From: Pecten maximus
Lineage: Eukaryota
Length of the DNA: 64,000 nucleotides
Direction of reading: 5' to 3'
Assembly: GCF_902652985.1 (NCBI RefSeq)
Contig: NC_047019.1
Span: forward strand, 6,200,001-6,264,000
A model generated the notes under the pieces. The model had not been told where the DNA came from and ran no database searches. It saw only the letters and a list, made by a program, of their open reading frames with translations. A program made the position numbers and the translations under genes. This document shows, in pieces, positions 13,601 to 27,100 of this stretch (position 1 is the first letter of the stretch; each line of letters opens with the position of its first letter).

Positions 13601-13960
13601 AGGGATATTCCTTCGTTCGCACATCAGAAACATGCACAATTTCTATTGATGAAATCTATGTCCGAACGATAAGTCTACGAGTGCTTGTGCCTTTAAGTAA
13701 TGAAGTATTGCCGCTATGCGATGTACAGGAGAAAGGAGTATCGTATACAAATACCGAATGCCTTTTGCGGTAATTAGTGATACTTCGGGTCGAATTAAGA
13801 ATTCATAGGACTTAATTCTCGAAGAACTTTTGTTTATCTTGAGAGTAAAACTGCCTTATTAATTTAAAGATTATAACTTTTACCATTTTGATTAAATACA
13901 TGTTTTCCAGTAAGTTTAATTCTGGCGACATAAACTTTATTCACACGAAGGAATGTCCCT
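13601..13960. mobile_element. Kolobok-like MITE with TTAA TSD
   Basis: ttaa|agggatattccttcgt ... acgaaggaatgtccct|ttaa (16-bp TIR, 1 mismatch). Confidence 0.72.
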
Positions 13961-16939
13961 TTAAGGAACAAAACTGCTAATAAATACTTTTTCAAAACCC
14001 TGTCGCTTGAAGTATTCGATAAAAAAAACAATACCAGCTAAATATACCCTATAATCTCAAATAGCTTTATACTGATACCAAACAAGGACGAGTCCACTAT
14101 CAGAAGATTAGGGGTGACAGAATAAGATTTTAATTAAGACTTACCGGAACTAGCTAAACCTCTTGTCCTTAGCATGAAGAGTTTTCTTACGAGTAAAGAT
14201 CTGTTAAAGTATTTCACATTTATCATCTCATAAATATGGAGATCACCGGCACATCTGCCTCGATCTCGTTATACCAGGCACTAAGGATTACGGTTAAGGC
14301 GTATGCTACCTTACAGTAAATCCTTTTAAAAGAGTTCCATAATGAGATTCTATTCTTTTTTTTTTCTTTTTTTTACCACGTGCGCACTATAAGACACGTA
14401 CATAACGGATTTATATGTACATATTAAGATTGTTCATTGTTTACTTGAACTTTGTAAGTAAACAAACCGAAGAAACATGCATTTGATTGAAACACTTTAA
14501 AAGCCACCAGATATTTGAAATTGCTACTGTGTACTAAATCCCCTCGATATACATGTAGCTCTAATAGTCAGCCTAGATAAAATAGCAGTTACGTCAGCTG
14601 TAGTATCTAATAATCTATCTAGTCACTTGCATTCCGGAACTTATTAAATTTAAACAAGTATCTTAATAAATCTCTTTAAAACGGCACTTTATTTTCCTAA
14701 TCTTGTGAAATAAATCTCCTTGAAATGTCGTTTAACGTGTTAAATATCCCCAAGTATCTCATTCAAACTTTAAACTTAATATGCTTAGAATGGTTAAGAC
14801 AAGAGAGATATTTGTTTTCAAGGAAACAAGAATAATTGAATTTATCCGTTTATCGTATTTTCGGCTATTAACAGTAGATATGGTGGCCCATCAGTGTCGA
14901 TTACAAGATGGCCGATGTGTTATGTCTGTAATGAAGTATTAGAAAAGGATTTGAAGAAACTTCAGCGTATTTGGCATAAACGGGATATTTCATCTTTATT
15001 GCCGCTTCATTGTAATTATATATATGGCTGTATAAAGAGGATTTTATGTAAAAACATACTTTGCCAAGAATCCATTTCAATTCTCATCGATTTCACTGTT
15101 ATTTTTGCCATCAGAATTAAATCAAAACAAAAATTCAAAAAAGAACATTTTCAAATCTTGATTTTGAATATTGAATTAATCTTACACAAGCATTTCAGCT
15201 TTGTTGCATGTGAAAATAATTTACAAACGACAAGCCGTGGGTTCACGTGAGACACGACCATGAATATAGCAATACGCCCCATAGTAGGTCTCGCGTTTTA
15301 ATTCGGGAACCCTACTTAAACCGAAATAACGAAACAAGACTCAGACATAGAGGATACTGCCTTTAAAATTCGATATTTATACGAAATTACATCTGCCTTT
15401 TCATTGTTTATTGCTAAAAACGAACTTTCCACGTTTTATTTGTCTCCGGGTTCTCGCAATTTCGTCACGCCAGTCTCGGTTAGTATTGACTCTGCACACG
15501 CTACCACACACAGAGCTGTATAAAAGCCTAGTCTCAAAAATTGATTAAAAATTACAAATACTAAAATAACGAAAAGCAATTTTAGTTATATAAGAGCATA
15601 TTAACCGCTATATCAAAAAGATGTTTTTATTTTTCTGTATATATGACACATTGCTATATATAAACTATACATATGCCATACCATATGGATATTAATATGT
15701 TCTGTAACTGTGCAACACTACTAACGGAACTTTTATGGCGAATATTTTATCTTTCTTTCCAAGCGTCTTACAGCAGCCAACATACCCCCTATCAAAGGAT
15801 GGCGCTCTCACATCATAAATGCCTTCTGTATACTGCATTTTCATTTTATTTTCCGGTCATCCTAAAGTAATGTTCTGTCTAACTTTTAAGTGAAATAAGT
15901 TGACTCTCGTTTATGTAGATTTTTTTAAATCAATGAGGGATCTGGCTCCGATTTCATCAAAGTTCCTTAACTTCAGAAAATTCCTAAACTCAAAATTGTC
16001 CATAGAAAGACATTTTTGGATTTGAGATTCTAACTTCCGTGATTACGCTGCTACAGATAGTTAAAGAAAGGTTAAGGAATATTTTGATCGCGCGTCTCAG
16101 AATATATTTTAATTGCGATAGTCTGAGAGAATTTGGTTTTGTTTTTCCAAATATATAGCAGATATTTTTTTTAAAAATCGGGTTGGAAAGTATGAACCAT
16201 CCTCTGTCACTTTCGTCAGAGCAGAGCAGCAATGTACACTGAGGTGTTAAGTGTGCGAGATTGTAAACAAATAGGCAGGTATTTTTTTCTAAATCGAGAC
16301 GAGGGGGCCCATAGACTCTCGTACATTTATGACCAGGTTATAAATAAAGCGTTGCCGAAAATAAATTATATACTTTTTGCTTGTCTATTTGTTTTTAATT
16401 TGTCTTATTAAGGTAACTACACAGTAACCAAAACACCACGCTCAAATTCTACCCTGATTGTGATACTAGTATACCAAAGTCAATTCACAACCATAATACC
16501 ATATAATGCAATAATATGAAACTTGTATATGGACGATAAAATACGGTCACCACATAATTGGAGAGGCTATAGGCCTAAACCGGTTATACTTTTATAAAGA
16601 TCTCTTTGGAAAAAAATCGTATGACTTGATGAAAAAACAACATTATTTCTATAGATGACATTACTTTTCATATTTTATTGAATACATACTGCTAAATGGG
16701 TTTCAATAGATAACGTTTCTTCCGTGCTTCTAAAACGTGAACCAAAATAAACGTCACGCTTTTCAATTTTGGTGAGTTTTTTCTGTATTTGCAAAATGTT
16801 CAGATTAAGTGAAACAAAAGTTTTAGTCGTTGTCTACTAAATCAGTATGTTTGTAGACATCATTCTCGCCTTCTAAGTTTGTACAGTTGTTAAGGTCCAT
16901 TTTGTTGCCATGCGTCCCTGCTGGGTTCCCACATTATTG

Positions 16940-17515
16940 ATCCCTAGCACCACTAACGAGTCCTAGAAGAATAAAACAGCGGTACGGTGACCCTAGCACC
17001 ACTAACGAGTCCTTGAAGGACGAAATAGCTGTATGGTGTCCCTAACATCACTGACGAGTCCTAGAGGGACGAAACAGTTGTATGGTGTCCCTTACACAAC
17101 GAACGAGCCCTAGAAGGACGAAACAGCTGTATGGTGTCCCTTACACAACTAATAAGTCCTAGAAGGAAAAAACACATTTCTGGTGTCCTTAACATCACTG
17201 ACGAGTCCTAGAAGGACTGTATTATGTCCCTAGCACCATTAACGAGTCCTAGAAGGACGAAACAGCGGCACGGTGTCCCTAGCACCACTAACGAGTCCTA
17301 GAAGGACGAAATAACTGAATTATGTCCCTAGCACCATTGACGAGTCCTAGAAGGACGAAACAGCGGTACGGTGCCCCTAGCACCACTAACGAGTCCTAGA
17401 AGGACGAAACAGCGGCACGGTGTCCCTAGCACCATTAACGAGTCCTAGAAGGAGGAAACAGCGGCACTGTGTCCCTAGTACTCCTAACGAGTCCTTGAAG
17501 GACGAAATAACTGTA
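16940..17515. repeat. Minisatellite, ~49-bp unit, about 12 copies
   Basis: gtccctagcaccactaacgagtcctagaaggacgaaacagcggcacggt repeated. Confidence 0.93.
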
Positions 17516-18550
17516 TGAGGCAGATCTACAGATATTCACGTGCATTTTGCCCAGTCCTACATGTTTATTTGAAGACCACCCACTGCTATTCCATTTGCAT
17601 TAAATGCTTATTTTTCCATCAATTCTAAACATTTATTTTTTGCGTATTAACAGTTAATATCTTCCTCTTTCTATAAAATGTTATTTTAACATGCTTTTAA
17701 AACCTTTCGAAGGTTTCGGCAAAAAATGCCATGTCGTCAGCATAATAGTTGAAATCCTGTTTATAAGTTGTGCGAGTTTTATACCATCACATTACGGGCA
17801 GGATAAAAGCTTGATTTTAAACATTTGGAAATGCGACAAAATGCCACAAATCCAGAGCAGCAGTCAAATACTGAGAATGGAAGCCGTACTGTAAGTCCTA
17901 TTGAAATAAGGATTAAAAATAGCAGATTTTATTTCAGATTATGCTAAATGAAGTCGCCAAAATTACACCTGAACGTGAACAGTTATATCGCCAAGATTAT
18001 TGAAATAGTCAGTATTTCCTTCCTCGGATTTGTAAAGAGGTAACAAGGTTATATTGTTTTCGAATTATTTTCGAAGTAGCTTAGAGCTTGGAGCCAACTA
18101 ATGTCTGGTTTTACGGTTGCGCCTGTAAATCCGTTTGAATGATATGTTCTGAAATGTTTCTAACATGGTCCCATGCCATTCCGTGTTATCCCGGCTTGTT
18201 TGTCAATCACACCTGGGAATAGCTCCTCATTATAATTCTGACGAAATTCTCATTATTTTGGACTTATTTGTACAAATTAAGATGGGTGAGCATGCCAAGC
18301 ATTTTATTTTTTATTTATTTTTTTGTTTTTTATTTTTTTATTTGTTTTTTTTTTAATTTTTTTTTTATTTTTTTTTATTTTTTAAATCAATAATGTGCTT
18401 CTTACCTTATTCTAACCTAACAATCACTCTGAATATAATCTAGGGTGTTTCAGAAATCATTTCCCGACTTAATTGTTTAATAATACTAAAAATTGGAACG
18501 TATGTAAATCGTAGACAGCCACACGAGGACAATACAATTTGATTATTTTA

Positions 18551-19050
18551 NNNNNNNNNNNNNNNNNNNNNNNNNNNNNNNNNNNNNNNNNNNNNNNNNN
18601 NNNNNNNNNNNNNNNNNNNNNNNNNNNNNNNNNNNNNNNNNNNNNNNNNNNNNNNNNNNNNNNNNNNNNNNNNNNNNNNNNNNNNNNNNNNNNNNNNNNN
18701 NNNNNNNNNNNNNNNNNNNNNNNNNNNNNNNNNNNNNNNNNNNNNNNNNNNNNNNNNNNNNNNNNNNNNNNNNNNNNNNNNNNNNNNNNNNNNNNNNNNN
18801 NNNNNNNNNNNNNNNNNNNNNNNNNNNNNNNNNNNNNNNNNNNNNNNNNNNNNNNNNNNNNNNNNNNNNNNNNNNNNNNNNNNNNNNNNNNNNNNNNNNN
18901 NNNNNNNNNNNNNNNNNNNNNNNNNNNNNNNNNNNNNNNNNNNNNNNNNNNNNNNNNNNNNNNNNNNNNNNNNNNNNNNNNNNNNNNNNNNNNNNNNNNN
19001 NNNNNNNNNNNNNNNNNNNNNNNNNNNNNNNNNNNNNNNNNNNNNNNNNN
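18551..19050. other. Assembly gap (500 N)
   Basis: Run of N. Confidence 1.
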
Positions 19051-19857
19051 TATTAACTATAAAATGCTAATCTAATTCAGATATTTGATAAAGTTATAAA
19101 TATACATAAAATGTACTAATATCTTGATGAAAGTTTAATTAATACGTTTAAAAGGTAGAAAACCAAAACATATACAAGGTATTCTGAACTAAACTTTGTT
19201 ACTTTATAATTTGTGTAGCTCTCTTTATACATAAATCAGTACTGTACAGCGTTCATATGTTTTGTTGGGTAACTCAATGATATTGTATATAAAAACAATG
19301 GATTGTTTTCAATATTTCGTAACTTCTGACATAGCTTTTGTATCAAATAAATTTATATGATTGTAATTTTGTTATTATTTCCAGATAACAGTTGCAGGTC
19401 AACTGAAACTTCAATCTGGGCAATACCCCGATAAAATATTACTGTATAACTACCATAAAAGCAGTTAAATACGTCAGAGAAAAAAAATTAGAAAAAATAT
19501 TTCGTCTTTAAGATGTGTTCATTTCTGACATGTATATATCAAACATACCTATATTGTACATCAAGCTGGAAATGCTAATTTATTCTATACACATATTCTA
19601 AACTTAACAAAAAATAAACTTGAGGTAACAAATATGGGGCAGGGGCAAAACTGCTACACGAGATCCATAAATGAAATTGTGATATGCAGCTCTTAAAAAA
19701 CGAAAATTTATAATTAAAAGTAACACATATAAAATCCATGATTTAACTGCAAAATACCTGGAGAAAAAAACAAACACTTTTTCCCAAAATTAATCTTCTA
19801 CTCATAATCATAACATCTATAATGAGATGCAAAATCAATATATAGCACCAAAAAATA

Positions 19858-21102
19858 TCATACATCAGTTTCCTCTAATGGTAAATCAAAGACTTCATCT
19901 GAGTGTGATGAAGACAGGCGCCGGTCCGAGTCATCCTCGAGAGAATTAGTACTTGCTTGTGTTCCTTCCGACAAGATTGGATTTGCTCCTTTCAGAAGCA
20001 AACGAGATCTGTGTACAGTTTGTTGTGACTCTGGCAAATTAGCATCACCTTGAAACACTTCCATGCTGTCTTGTAGGTGAGCAATGTCTCTCTGCTCCGT
20101 GGAGCGTTTCATGACGAATCTCGCGGACATATGTAGTAACTGAGATTCCGACTGGGAGCACTTGATGATAGAATCTTCCTCTTGAGGTGAATGCATATCT
20201 GACAGGGAATGTTTTATGCACTCGGTACACACATCGTCTGTGTTAACGTTACAGGTGGGAGGATGGTACGCACCAGTCCCGTGGGGGTAACCTATCCCTC
20301 CAGCAGAGTAATGCAAATTCGGATTACCATACTCATACTGGTTACCGTCAACTGGGGAATGTCGGTTGTAGACCTTGTCCTGGAACTCAGGGGAACCGTT
20401 GCCAACGATATCACAATTATCTTGGTCTGTACTATCACAAAGCAATGGCACAAGCGAATCATTCACACTTTTTGTAGTTTTATCGGCCTCATGGCGAATT
20501 TTGGGAGGACTTTCAATAACTACATCAGTTTTTATATGTATACAATTCCCAATCTGAGGCGTTTTGTTCACCTGGCCGTTGAGATGTTTAGGTTCTGTCA
20601 CAGGAGGGAAATCTCCCACCTTGTTTTTACTCACTGGCGATTGCTGGATAGTCTCCAGAACCTGAGGAATTATGATGGAGCGTCGTTTGTTATCTTTGTT
20701 CAAGCTGCCAATTCGACTCAAAGCACTTCCGACACTAGATATCTCCGATAAAGTCTCTGGACTGGCCAGTGGTGCAGTGATGGGGTCTGTTCCCAGATCT
20801 AGATACAGTTCCACTTTTCCGGGATCGCCTGGATACAGGAAATCCTTATCCAATAGGAACCGGTGTTCCTCTGCTGCATGATCCCAGGAGAAGAGAGGCG
20901 GTAAGGGCTGATGCTTTGGTTTGTATAATGGTAACTGGTTACACATAGGTGCTGTTTTACCAATCGTAAAGTCCTCCTGTACAATCAGTTTGTGGTTAGA
21001 ATTCTCAGATTCTACTGAAGGCGAGCGCTTTTGAAGAAAGGCCTTTCTTTCAGCCTCAGTTAACGTCCGATTTGGTTTTGGAGGTGCCACATTTACCAAA
21101 AC
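19858..21102 (-). CDS. DAGLA: DAGLA terminal exon, 414-aa mostly low-complexity or disordered C-terminal tail ending ETDV-stop
   Basis: ctttgaag| acceptor in frame with the previous exon; long ORF to TGA at 19858-19860. Confidence 0.88.
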   Translation of the reverse strand, partial: VLVNVAPPKPNRTLTEAERKAFLQKRSPSVESENSNHKLIVQEDFTIGKTAPMCNQLPLYKPKHQPLPPLFSWDHAAEEHRFLLDKDFLYPGDPGKVELYLDLGTDPITAPLASPETLSEISSVGSALSRIGSLNKDNKRRSIIIPQVLETIQQSPVSKNKVGDFPPVTEPKHLNGQVNKTPQIGNCIHIKTDVVIESPPKIRHEADKTTKSVNDSLVPLLCDSTDQDNCDIVGNGSPEFQDKVYNRHSPVDGNQYEYGNPNLHYSAGGIGYPHGTGAYHPPTCNVNTDDVCTECIKHSLSDMHSPQEEDSIIKCSQSESQLLHMSARFVMKRSTEQRDIAHLQDSMEVFQGDANLPESQQTVHRSRLLLKGANPILSEGTQASTNSLEDDSDRRLSSSHSDEVFDLPLEETDV

Positions 21103-24100
21103 CTTCAAAGAAAACAGTAAAATAATCAAATACAGTTTTTCTTTAGTAATACATACAAAATGTTATTCAAGCAAGGTATACCATTTTTGATTATTGATAT
21201 AAATATTACTTGCAAGAGAAGTATCATTTAAATAAAAAAAATAACATGTTCTCTTTTATTTTTGATCTGTGATTAGGAAATTTCAAAAAGAAAATTGTGT
21301 TTCATCAATTATTGAATTAGGAAAAACAAAATTTATCACTTGGTTCTCAGGCCATTTTTCAAAATAGATGAGGCAGAGAGGCATTTTTTTTACATTCATT
21401 CTACAAAGCAAAAACGATTCAATAATCTAAATTCATAATCATTTCAAAGCTTGCCTGTAGTGTCATTTATTTAAACATTTTCATGACTTTGGTGAAAGGA
21501 CATGGAGACTCATTTCCCTGATGACAGCAAATGCAGTCTCAGTTTGTTTAATTACTTTCAATAAAATCAACAATGCAGTTTCCTGAGAATCAATTATTTT
21601 TTGGGGTACATGCATTTGAAAATGATTACCTTTTAATTTCTATTTTTAATTAAGTTTCTAAGAAATCTTTCAAAAGAACAAGCTAAAGGAACAGTAATTG
21701 TATATCATTTGAAAGAAATGAAATAAGTAATTTTTGTTAAGATATTTTGCAATCAATAATATGTATTGTTGCTTCTCATAATAGGTAAATGTAATTCTAT
21801 TTTTACCCATGCTTCCCATCACTCAAAAACATCAAATGAAATATGAAAAGGAAGGGGTTTTTAGGATACCACCTTTGAAATCTTCCCCTTGGAAAAAGAA
21901 ATTATTTCACTGATTCACACAGAGAGAAACATTTAAGTTAGTTGGTTGTGAGTGTAACCATTGTCACTCTATAGTGACACACAAATCATTTAAATATTTT
22001 CGGTGCATACTTTCATGGAACTTACAACAGGTTCAATGACAAATTTTAAAGGAAAATGGCTTTGTCATTTCCTCTTAAACAGATACCTTGTCCTAAACAC
22101 ATTGAAGGGACACGTAATTAAGGGGAAAATCACATTTATACCAGGTATTTGTATTAAGGTAAATATGGGGTAAGGTCTTTTTCCTTACACCTTGATCAAA
22201 TGTGATATGCAATGCTTGGTCTTGGGGCAATATGTACAATAATATCTTGATGGGATCTGCTATTTTTTCTTGAACATCAGACCAAAAAAATATCGCTGGG
22301 TCTACCTTCTCCAAGGCATCCATAACATTGTCTGGCATGTGGTCATTGATCATGGTAGGGGAGACGAGAACTTCATCGAAGCTGGTGTTGTGTGCCCAAA
22401 CAGCTTGGAACACAGGCTCCCCAGATCCACACAGACGTTTCCTATAAATAAAAGTCACACCCTACATTTGTTTTCTCCAAAAACGTAACATAAAATAAAA
22501 CCGAAAAGTTCTGGCTTTTTCAGACAGAAAACAACTGTATTCAAAACCATTGGTAGCAATGTTAAATTTGAGAGGAAAGAGGGCAGCTCAACGAAGTAAC
22601 AATCCGGGGTGGCAAAATCCAAGATGGCTGGTGAAACTATAAATACAGGGTTAAATTTGCACTGAAGCCATCCCAAATCATTTTGGACAAAATGAAAATG
22701 ACTTGATTTTTTTCAGGCAGTCAATTTAAATCTCATATAAACAGAGGGGTAAAATTTTACCTGAAAAATACCAAATAGCACAAACCTTCAAATACATGTA
22801 GAAAGATTATAAAAGTTAGGTATAATTATCGTTGTGGCACACTTCTTAGATGACACGCAGTGTATTATGCAACAGGTTTCATATATAAAGTGAAATTATA
22901 CCAATGGCAGCCTTCGAACACTAATGAATCATCACTTATAGAGTTACACTTGTTACTTCTCCATAACTGCCTTACTTTTTCCCTCGAGGGTGACTTCTGA
23001 CCACATGGATAATCTTGCCAGGTGGGTATAGGGGGTGGTGTGTAGATAGACCTATCTGGGAGTCGAGTGGATGGGCAGTGTTGTCTCGCTCTATCTCCAG
23101 CTGTACTTCAGCTGTACTCAGGTTTTCAGTCTCCCCCGTCCCGCAACATAATCCTTTCGCTATAATCTTCCACTGTAAAACATCACAAGTTATACCAATT
23201 ATAACATTTCACATTGTCTAGCATTGTCTAACAATCATGTTCCTTAAAAACAAATACTTCTTAAAACTGTTTGACATGTGACTGAAGAAGACTGCCTGCA
23301 GATGACCCAGCCCGCCTTAAATGTCGTGCCAATGTCCGTTCCAGGGAGTTGCCCGGCCTTGAGAACATACCAAATGGACAGGGTACCAGTCTTACCAGAG
23401 TGGGATACAGGTACTGGTGGCCTCAGATTTTGCCCCCTTCACATCGCCTTAACACAGCTACTGCCATGAAAGGAGACAGAAAACCCATAGCAAACCAAAC
23501 AAAGGCCCATTGGGCCCTAATCCCTTACCTGCTATCCAGTGATCCTATTTATATACATTTTTTGTATTAACATAAGAACAAGTGTATCAGAGACCAGATA
23601 TAGAATCTTAGGGCCTCACACTTATTTGAAAAGATGTCCTTTAAATACTTAGGCCAATCTAACTCTTTCAGACTTAAATCACAGTTTTTGTTATGAAAAA
23701 GAAGTCATGGAAATATTTCAGTCTAATTGACCCATGTGACCTTGACTGAAGGTCAAGGGTCATTCATTCAAACAAACTTGGTAGCCCTTTACCCCATGAT
23801 TCAGACCCAATATCAAGTCCCTGGGCAGGTGAGCTACAAATTGTAGAAAATATTGTTGATAATGTAAAATCCATTGACAAACACTCATTTTACAGCGACA
23901 ATTTAGATTCATTTATCAACACCTCAACAAACCCTGCTAGGCAGCCAGCACAAATATTTTTGGACACAGTCATGAAAACAAAATAATCTGTCAATACAAT
24001 ATTGATTTTAGTTGAGCTCTGGACATTCACGATCAATCTATATTGTTATCCATCCTCACCTTGGGCTGTGTACTATTTTTTATCACATTAATTAAATCCG

Positions 24101-27100
24101 TTCTTAAAACCTCCAACTGGGACAGACCAATTCTGAAATACAAGAAAATCAATATCTTAGTCATCCTAGTTACACATATCAACACAATTATATTTTACAT
24201 CTTATCCACTAAGTTATACTGTTAATTACTAATTTTTTTATTAATTTCATTTAATAATTTCACCAAAAGTGAGTACAATTTCTAAAAGAAACAGCTATAA
24301 TGCCTACAGATGGTGGTCAGTGACTACATCACCAGACGACTTCATACTGTCCAGGACCGATGGAAATAAAATCTCAGTTTGCTTGTGTACATACTGAGTA
24401 CAGTTGCTTTTACTTGGTTACACTGGAGGGTTGACTGATGCAGGTATTTATGACCTGTTTACATAAGAGACCCAATGGGCCTGTAACACACATCTGTTCT
24501 GCAGCTCGTGAAGTGAGGACTTTGTAGGAAGATTTAATTCATGTGAATCTCAAAGGTCATAGACATGAATCTTTTCCTTTTCAGTGACTGTTACATATCT
24601 AATATCATAACTCTCAAGAAATGGTATTGAGGAACAAATCATTTAAAGATTCTAGTTCATTTTACCCCTATAATAGTCTGTTGTATTAGACAAGATGTCA
24701 GAATATACAGGTCTTATTTTAAAGTTATCATCAGACTACAAATTGCAGCATTCTCCAATGACCCACCCAAAGTGGCATCAACACCAATAGTCTGTTCACA
24801 ATGCACTAGCCAGAATCATTCGACCCCTATGAATGTCTATTAATGTATTAGACAGGATGTCAGAATATAATGTGTCAGAATACACAGGTCTTAGTTTAGT
24901 AGTTACCATCAGACTACATAATTGCAGCATTACATTGTATTAGACAGTCTAATGTTGCATATAAATGGTTCAGAGTTTCGATACAAATGCACAGAAGGGA
25001 ATTTCACTTTGTGTTTAATAATAAAATGATCATAACTTACCTTGGAACAACATCCTTCCCTACCACCACAGATGTTATGAAGGACTTGGTTTCTTCAACA
25101 CACACATCACTGTAATACATAACAAATTACTTTGTATTACTGCATTACTCTCCAGGCTTGACAATGAAAAGACATTTGGAGATCCATTTAAATAATTATG
25201 TCTTCAGTCAAAAAAAGGCTTTCCTTTTTATTTTACAACTAGAACTTTCAAGAACCTGAAATTTTAAAGCCTATGTGTTCTTCTACACACTCGTTAAATT
25301 AAAGTTGATGTTACACAACGAGTGGTTGTTGGATATGGAATTTATTTCACACTCATAAGTTATTTTTTTTAAAGACACGAGCTTTAGCGACTTGAATATC
25401 GGCTTGAATCAAAGGGAAACGTGGCCAAGTCTTATTTCGTGTATACAAATAAGGTATACAGGTGACGGCTGGGGCCCAGTGATGTGACGTCATTTGATTA
25501 TTGATGACATCAATGACAATTGCAGCTCGGGTCAAAGTTCAAATTTGTGACCAATCAAAAGACCATAACATATATATATATCCAAGAGTTGGCACATTCA
25601 TACAATGGCTTGAGAGTGGAAAAACACAGGGTATTGTGGTAGAAATGTAAGGTTATATCCCAGTGTACCTGAGCAGTCCTCCAGGAGGAGAGAAAGCATA
25701 GCAGTGGAGAGTAGGGTACTCCTGTCTCAGTAGTATGGCGAGTATGGATGCCGTACCAGCTCCCAGGGAGTGACCTACCAACACTAGGTCATATTTCTGT
25801 GTTCCCCTGTCCTGTAAAACAGACATGAACTAAGTATTTCGGTGTAAGTACCAGTATAACATATTGTGTTATACCTCAATTTTAAAGCATGGTTACAGAC
25901 TCATATTCCGTCAGTACATTGGGATTCTGTGTAACAGGAAACTTTCATTGTTTTTGTGGTTGCTTTGGAACCAAGAATCTAAATACAACAAATATCTGAA
26001 AGCTCTGAACCACGAAAGAACTAGAACTGTCGCCAGGATGGCTGACTAATACCACCGCAATCTGCATGAGTCAATGGTGAATTGGAACTGTTAACTAGAG
26101 GCTAACTAAGATAACCCATGCAAGCCAATATTTCTGAAATTTAGAATGTCTGAAATATGTGTTGTTAACACTAAAGAGAATTCAGTGACCAGTTGCCATA
26201 GCAACCATAATTTTGAGATAAAGAAAGTGGCATGCACATCTACACATGGTCCTCTATATTTGTGTGAAGTTTCATTGAAATCAACCCTTCGGTTTAGGAG
26301 GAGTTGTCCAGACAAACTTAAAGTTATGGTTCTTATCGGAAAACCTGTATATAGTGACCAGTTGCCATAGCAACCATAATTTTGAGAAAAAGAAAATGGC
26401 ATGCGCATCTACACATGGTCCTCTATATTTGTGTGAAGTTTCATTAAAATCGGCCCTTCGGTTTAGGAGGAGTTGTCCGGACAAACTTAAAAACTTAAAA
26501 GACGGACGGACAACCTGATTCCAGTATACCCCCCCTAACCTAAAAACATTCCATGTTGTACAGTAAATGAAGCCATTGAAAAGAGTAGTGCAAAATGTGG
26601 ATGCATAAAAAAATATAACATACTTCTTTCATTTTACCACTTGTAGATTTAATGGCATACAAACTGATTTCCTCTTAAATGTACAATGAAACCCGATTTT
26701 ACTGACAACTGACTTTAACGAACCTGATTTTACTGACAACTGACTTTAACAACATCCTGTAACATCTGGCTGATCCAACAAAATGCCAACACTGACTACG
26801 GACTGCCCAACACACTGTCATATCCAACACATTGACTTTGTCCCGTACAGTGTTGGAAAAGTCAGGATCTACTGCATTCCCATTGTATGAGATTTTTATT
26901 AAAGGTAATTCTGTAGATTATGTAGGCTTATCACTTTATGTTTTATATAATAACTTACTAGATCCATCCCAAAAGCTTTTGCCAAGATACGATCATCCTT
27001 CAGTTTCTTCTGAATGTACACTGCAGCTTGAACCATTCCCTGTCAAAAACACAAAATAAATCATCAAGTGGATGTCACTTCGACATTTTCAAAAACCCTG

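Noticed and set aside
18539-19075. 178-aa ORF
   Set aside because: Spans the N gap.
19579-19584. AATAAA on the minus strand as the DAGLA polyA signal
   Set aside because: Common hexamer in AT-rich DNA, and the 3' UTR may extend into the gap; unsupported without transcript data.
20209-20751. 180-aa plus-strand ORF
   Set aside because: Antisense shadow of the DAGLA terminal exon.
23278-23570. GC-richer intronic patch as an extra DAGLA exon
   Set aside because: The candidate sense-strand acceptors I tried lead to stops; the flanking exons already join in phase (QPK|WKII).
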